From positions 21,914 to 79,188 of the forward strand of contig CALSCP010000515.1 in assembly GCA_943704425.1 (NCBI GenBank): DNA of 57,275 nucleotides, written 5' to 3'. The position numbers and the translations under genes are program-made. Each line of letters begins with the position of its first letter. Positions within the stretch are counted from its first letter, which is position 1. Under the pieces are notes generated by a model, which was not told the origin of the DNA, made no database searches, and was given only the letters and a program-made list of their open reading frames with translations. Positions 54,508 to 57,275 of this stretch are shown piece after piece. This DNA is from Ministeria vibrans ATCC 50519. Its lineage: Eukaryota; Protista; Filasterea.

Positions 54508-57236
54508 ATGGACTACGCCGCCGATCCCCTAATCAAGGAGACCAACCGAATTCTCAGCACACAGCCGGACCAGGTGTTTCCCACTCTGGAGACGCTGGAG
54601 ACGCCCCCAATGGCAAACGGCGCGAATTTCGAAGTGCAAACAAAGTGCATGACAACCAACAGCGCACTGAGCCAGGCGCTCGCCGAGTGCGGCAGCCTGG
54701 ACTGTGTGGCGCCCGGGATCGAGTTCTGCGCCGAGCTGGGCTCCTTTGAGGGCTGTGCTGACGATCTGTTTGCCATTGGCGACGGACCCGACTCGCCGCA
54801 CACCCGCGCCATGCAGCACCTCCCCGAGACGCACATTGTCTTCACGACGGCCACAGCAGTCCTGCCCGCGCCCAAGGACGACCGTGTCTTCGTCCAGGAC
54901 CTGCCCGCCCCCGCCCGTCTCTATGTCCAGCAGCAGTCCATGGCCCTCCTCCGCAACCGCTTCCATCTGCGCCTCAACGACCGCCGCACCTCCCTTAGCA
55001 GATTCAGTCCATCCAAAAAGCGCAAGGTATCTCCTCCCCCTTGCCTTCCCTAAGCCCATTCCCCACATCCTTTTTTTTTCCTTCTTTTTTTTGAATTGTT
55101 TGCCACCCTCCGCCAAAGTCTTTCCAGTGCCGTACGAGCCGCTCGCCGCCCATAAAACCCTTTAACACACTCTGTCAGCTCCCATGGCGCGCCCTTCTTG
55201 CCCTGGATTGCCCTCTTTCCTGTGCAGTTTCAAATCTTGCGGTGTGAACTGAGCACATCTGTCAAAAACGTTCGTCCCCATCCCATCGCTCCTGCGTCTT
55301 CTTGCCGTGCGCACGACTCATCAATGCTTGCTATGTCTAAACACCACTGTTGCCAGGGGGTCGTTAACTCATCGATCCTTCTCTATTCTTCAGTCTGTCC
55401 GTTTGTCGTTTTTTTTTTTTTTTTTTTTTTTTGGTTCGTCTTTTTTTCTTTTTTTTCGCGCGTGATGCAAAAGTGATGAAACACAAAAAACGATTGCGTC
55501 TTCACTTTTTGCCGGCTCGTCTTTTTCGTCCATTCGACGTGCCCGCTCCATCGCAAGCGCCTTTGCCAACTCTCCCTTGCCTGCCTTAACCTTGCCTTGT
55601 GAATTGCTACCGTGACAAGGAGGTTTTGCGATTGAGATGGGTTTAGTTGTTATCTTACTCTACTCTGCATTTGTCTGTCTCTCTCGTCGATCTGAAACTC
55701 ACTACTTGTTTGTTTTTGTTTCAGGCAACTTCAGTGCATCAATTTGGCATGGCATTGGATCAGCTGGTGGAGAGCAGTCCCAAGGGCACGGCGGCCGGAC
55801 GCGTTCCGTCGTTGCTTCACAAGATGGTTACTTTCCTGTCACAGCCTGAGAACATTACGGCACAGGGGCTGCTTCGTGTGGGTGGATCGATGAAGCGCAT
55901 GACAGAACTGCGTACGGCCATTGAAAATGGCAGTATGAGCTTTGCCGAGGCACGCACACACGACGTGGCGAGTCTGTTGAAGCAGTGGGTGCGAGAGTTA
56001 CCCGACTGTGTGCTGACAAACAAGCTAGCGCCACTCTTTATCAAGGCATTCCACACAATGCGCCGTAGCGACCAGGAGGAGAAGCAGAGCGAGGCTATTC
56101 TCATGCTGTGTCTTGCTTTGCCCCCTGCCCATTTTGCCACGCTCAAATGTCTGCTCGATTTTGCCGAGGAGGTTGCGGCGCACAGCGAAACCAATGCCAT
56201 GACACTCAAAAATGTCGCTCTCACCTTTGCCACCAACCTCTTTCCGGTGTCCAGCGACCAAGACCATGAACGACACGTCGACGTACTCACCCACCAGTTT
56301 GAGGTGTTCAAGATTCTGTGCAAGCTGCGCCCGCAGATGGGCCAGTTGCCCAGCGAGCTGCGTACCGAGGCCCAGGCGTTCATTGACAACGGCATGATGG
56401 CACCGTCAACAAGCAAGCGCGATCTTGCCTCCGACTGCGAGGACAACGACGACGAGAGCGGTGCGGGGAACACTGACGGACGACGCCACAAGCGCCGTCG
56501 CACCAGCTCCGTGGGACAGATGCTCGTCGGCAAGGTTGTCAAAGTGACGCGCCAGGCGTCGTCGCGTCTGCGCGGCTCATCTAGCAAGTCTACGCCTGTT
56601 GCGGATCTTGCCAGTGCGCGACCCGCAACCAGCACTACTGATGTGGTGGGCGCCGCAGTAAAGGGACTTGGACAGCAGCAGCGTCGCATGCCGGCGGACC
56701 TGCGCATGCACGCCATGAAGAAGGCGACCGCCTCGTCACTTGGTTCCTCCACCGCCGCCGGTCGCGCGGGTCCCATGAAGATTGATCGCACGTCGGCTGC
56801 ACTAGCAATGGCTCCCTCCTTCAGCTCGCCCATGCGTGCCGTCTCGTCGCGTGTCCCAATGCCCACGGCCACCGTTGTTGCCACGACGACCACTGACGAG
56901 AATGCCCTGCTGGCCAAGACCAAGAAGAGCTCAGCCGTCAAGCGCCGTCGCAGTGGCTCTATCATGAAGCTGCTGAGCAACGAGCGCCGTCGCAGCACGC
57001 AGCTGCCCGCAGCGTCGGCGACCACAGCTGTCCTCAGCGACGTCTCCAACTCGCCCTCCAAGCGTCCCGATGCGGCTGCTCAGTGCGCCACCTTTGGTGG
57101 CGGTCTCGAGATTGACGGTTCGCCCAACAGCCCTTACACCATCAGCCGTGTCGCGCTTCTCTCCGGTGCCGAACCAGAGCCTCTCGACACCAGCCACAAC
57201 AGTGAAATGGCTGCACTGCACACGAGTTATGTCTAA
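54508..57236 (+). CDS. Rho GTPase-activating protein; the 54508-55026 exon probably splices (phase 0) to the RhoGAP exon at 55726
   Basis: FGMAL, VPSLL, GLLRVGG (arginine finger), HDVASLLKQWVRELPD, LPPAHFATLK, NAMTLKNVALTFATNLF; linkage of the first exon is inferred. Confidence 0.8.
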
Positions 57237-57275
57237 ACGAACAACACGCAAATAACCAACAGAGAGAGAGAGAGA

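Overview
Eukaryotic nuclear DNA from a gene-dense, intron-rich protist. The animal/fungal-like gene set (Gemin5, class IIa HDAC, DPY30, MCM8) suggests an opisthokont or related amorphean lineage (inference). The standard genetic code and short GT-AG introns fit all models; introns are full of microsatellites, and many genes are head-to-head with only about 100-430 bp between start codons. By manual splicing I reconstruct about 21 genes: the 3' exon of an upstream gene, MCM8, a lidless Hsp70, Gemin5, an NDUFA3-like micro-protein, DRG1, UBE2G2/Ubc7, BCKDHA, NDUFA9, a Tudor/chromo-barrel + class IIa HDAC, a NagA-like deacetylase, a large orphan, ribophorin I, a secreted CE15-like tandem hydrolase, a bacterial-type PPP metallophosphoesterase, METTL1/Trm8, a permuted-NlpC/P60 + EF-hand + phospholipase D fusion, CSN2, DHX35, DPY30, a 9-exon HIT-like gene invisible in the ORF track, and a RhoGAP. 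The most unusual items are: the myristoylated NlpC/P60-EF-PLD fusion, whose linker intron hides a frame-symmetric, stop-containing, hairpin-rich cassette; a Helitron/Pif1 helicase C-terminal remnant; a fold-back structured HDAC intron; candidate bacterial-derived genes; telomeric repeats inside introns; and a dispersed intronic minisatellite motif. Gene identities come from remembered family motifs, not from database searches.
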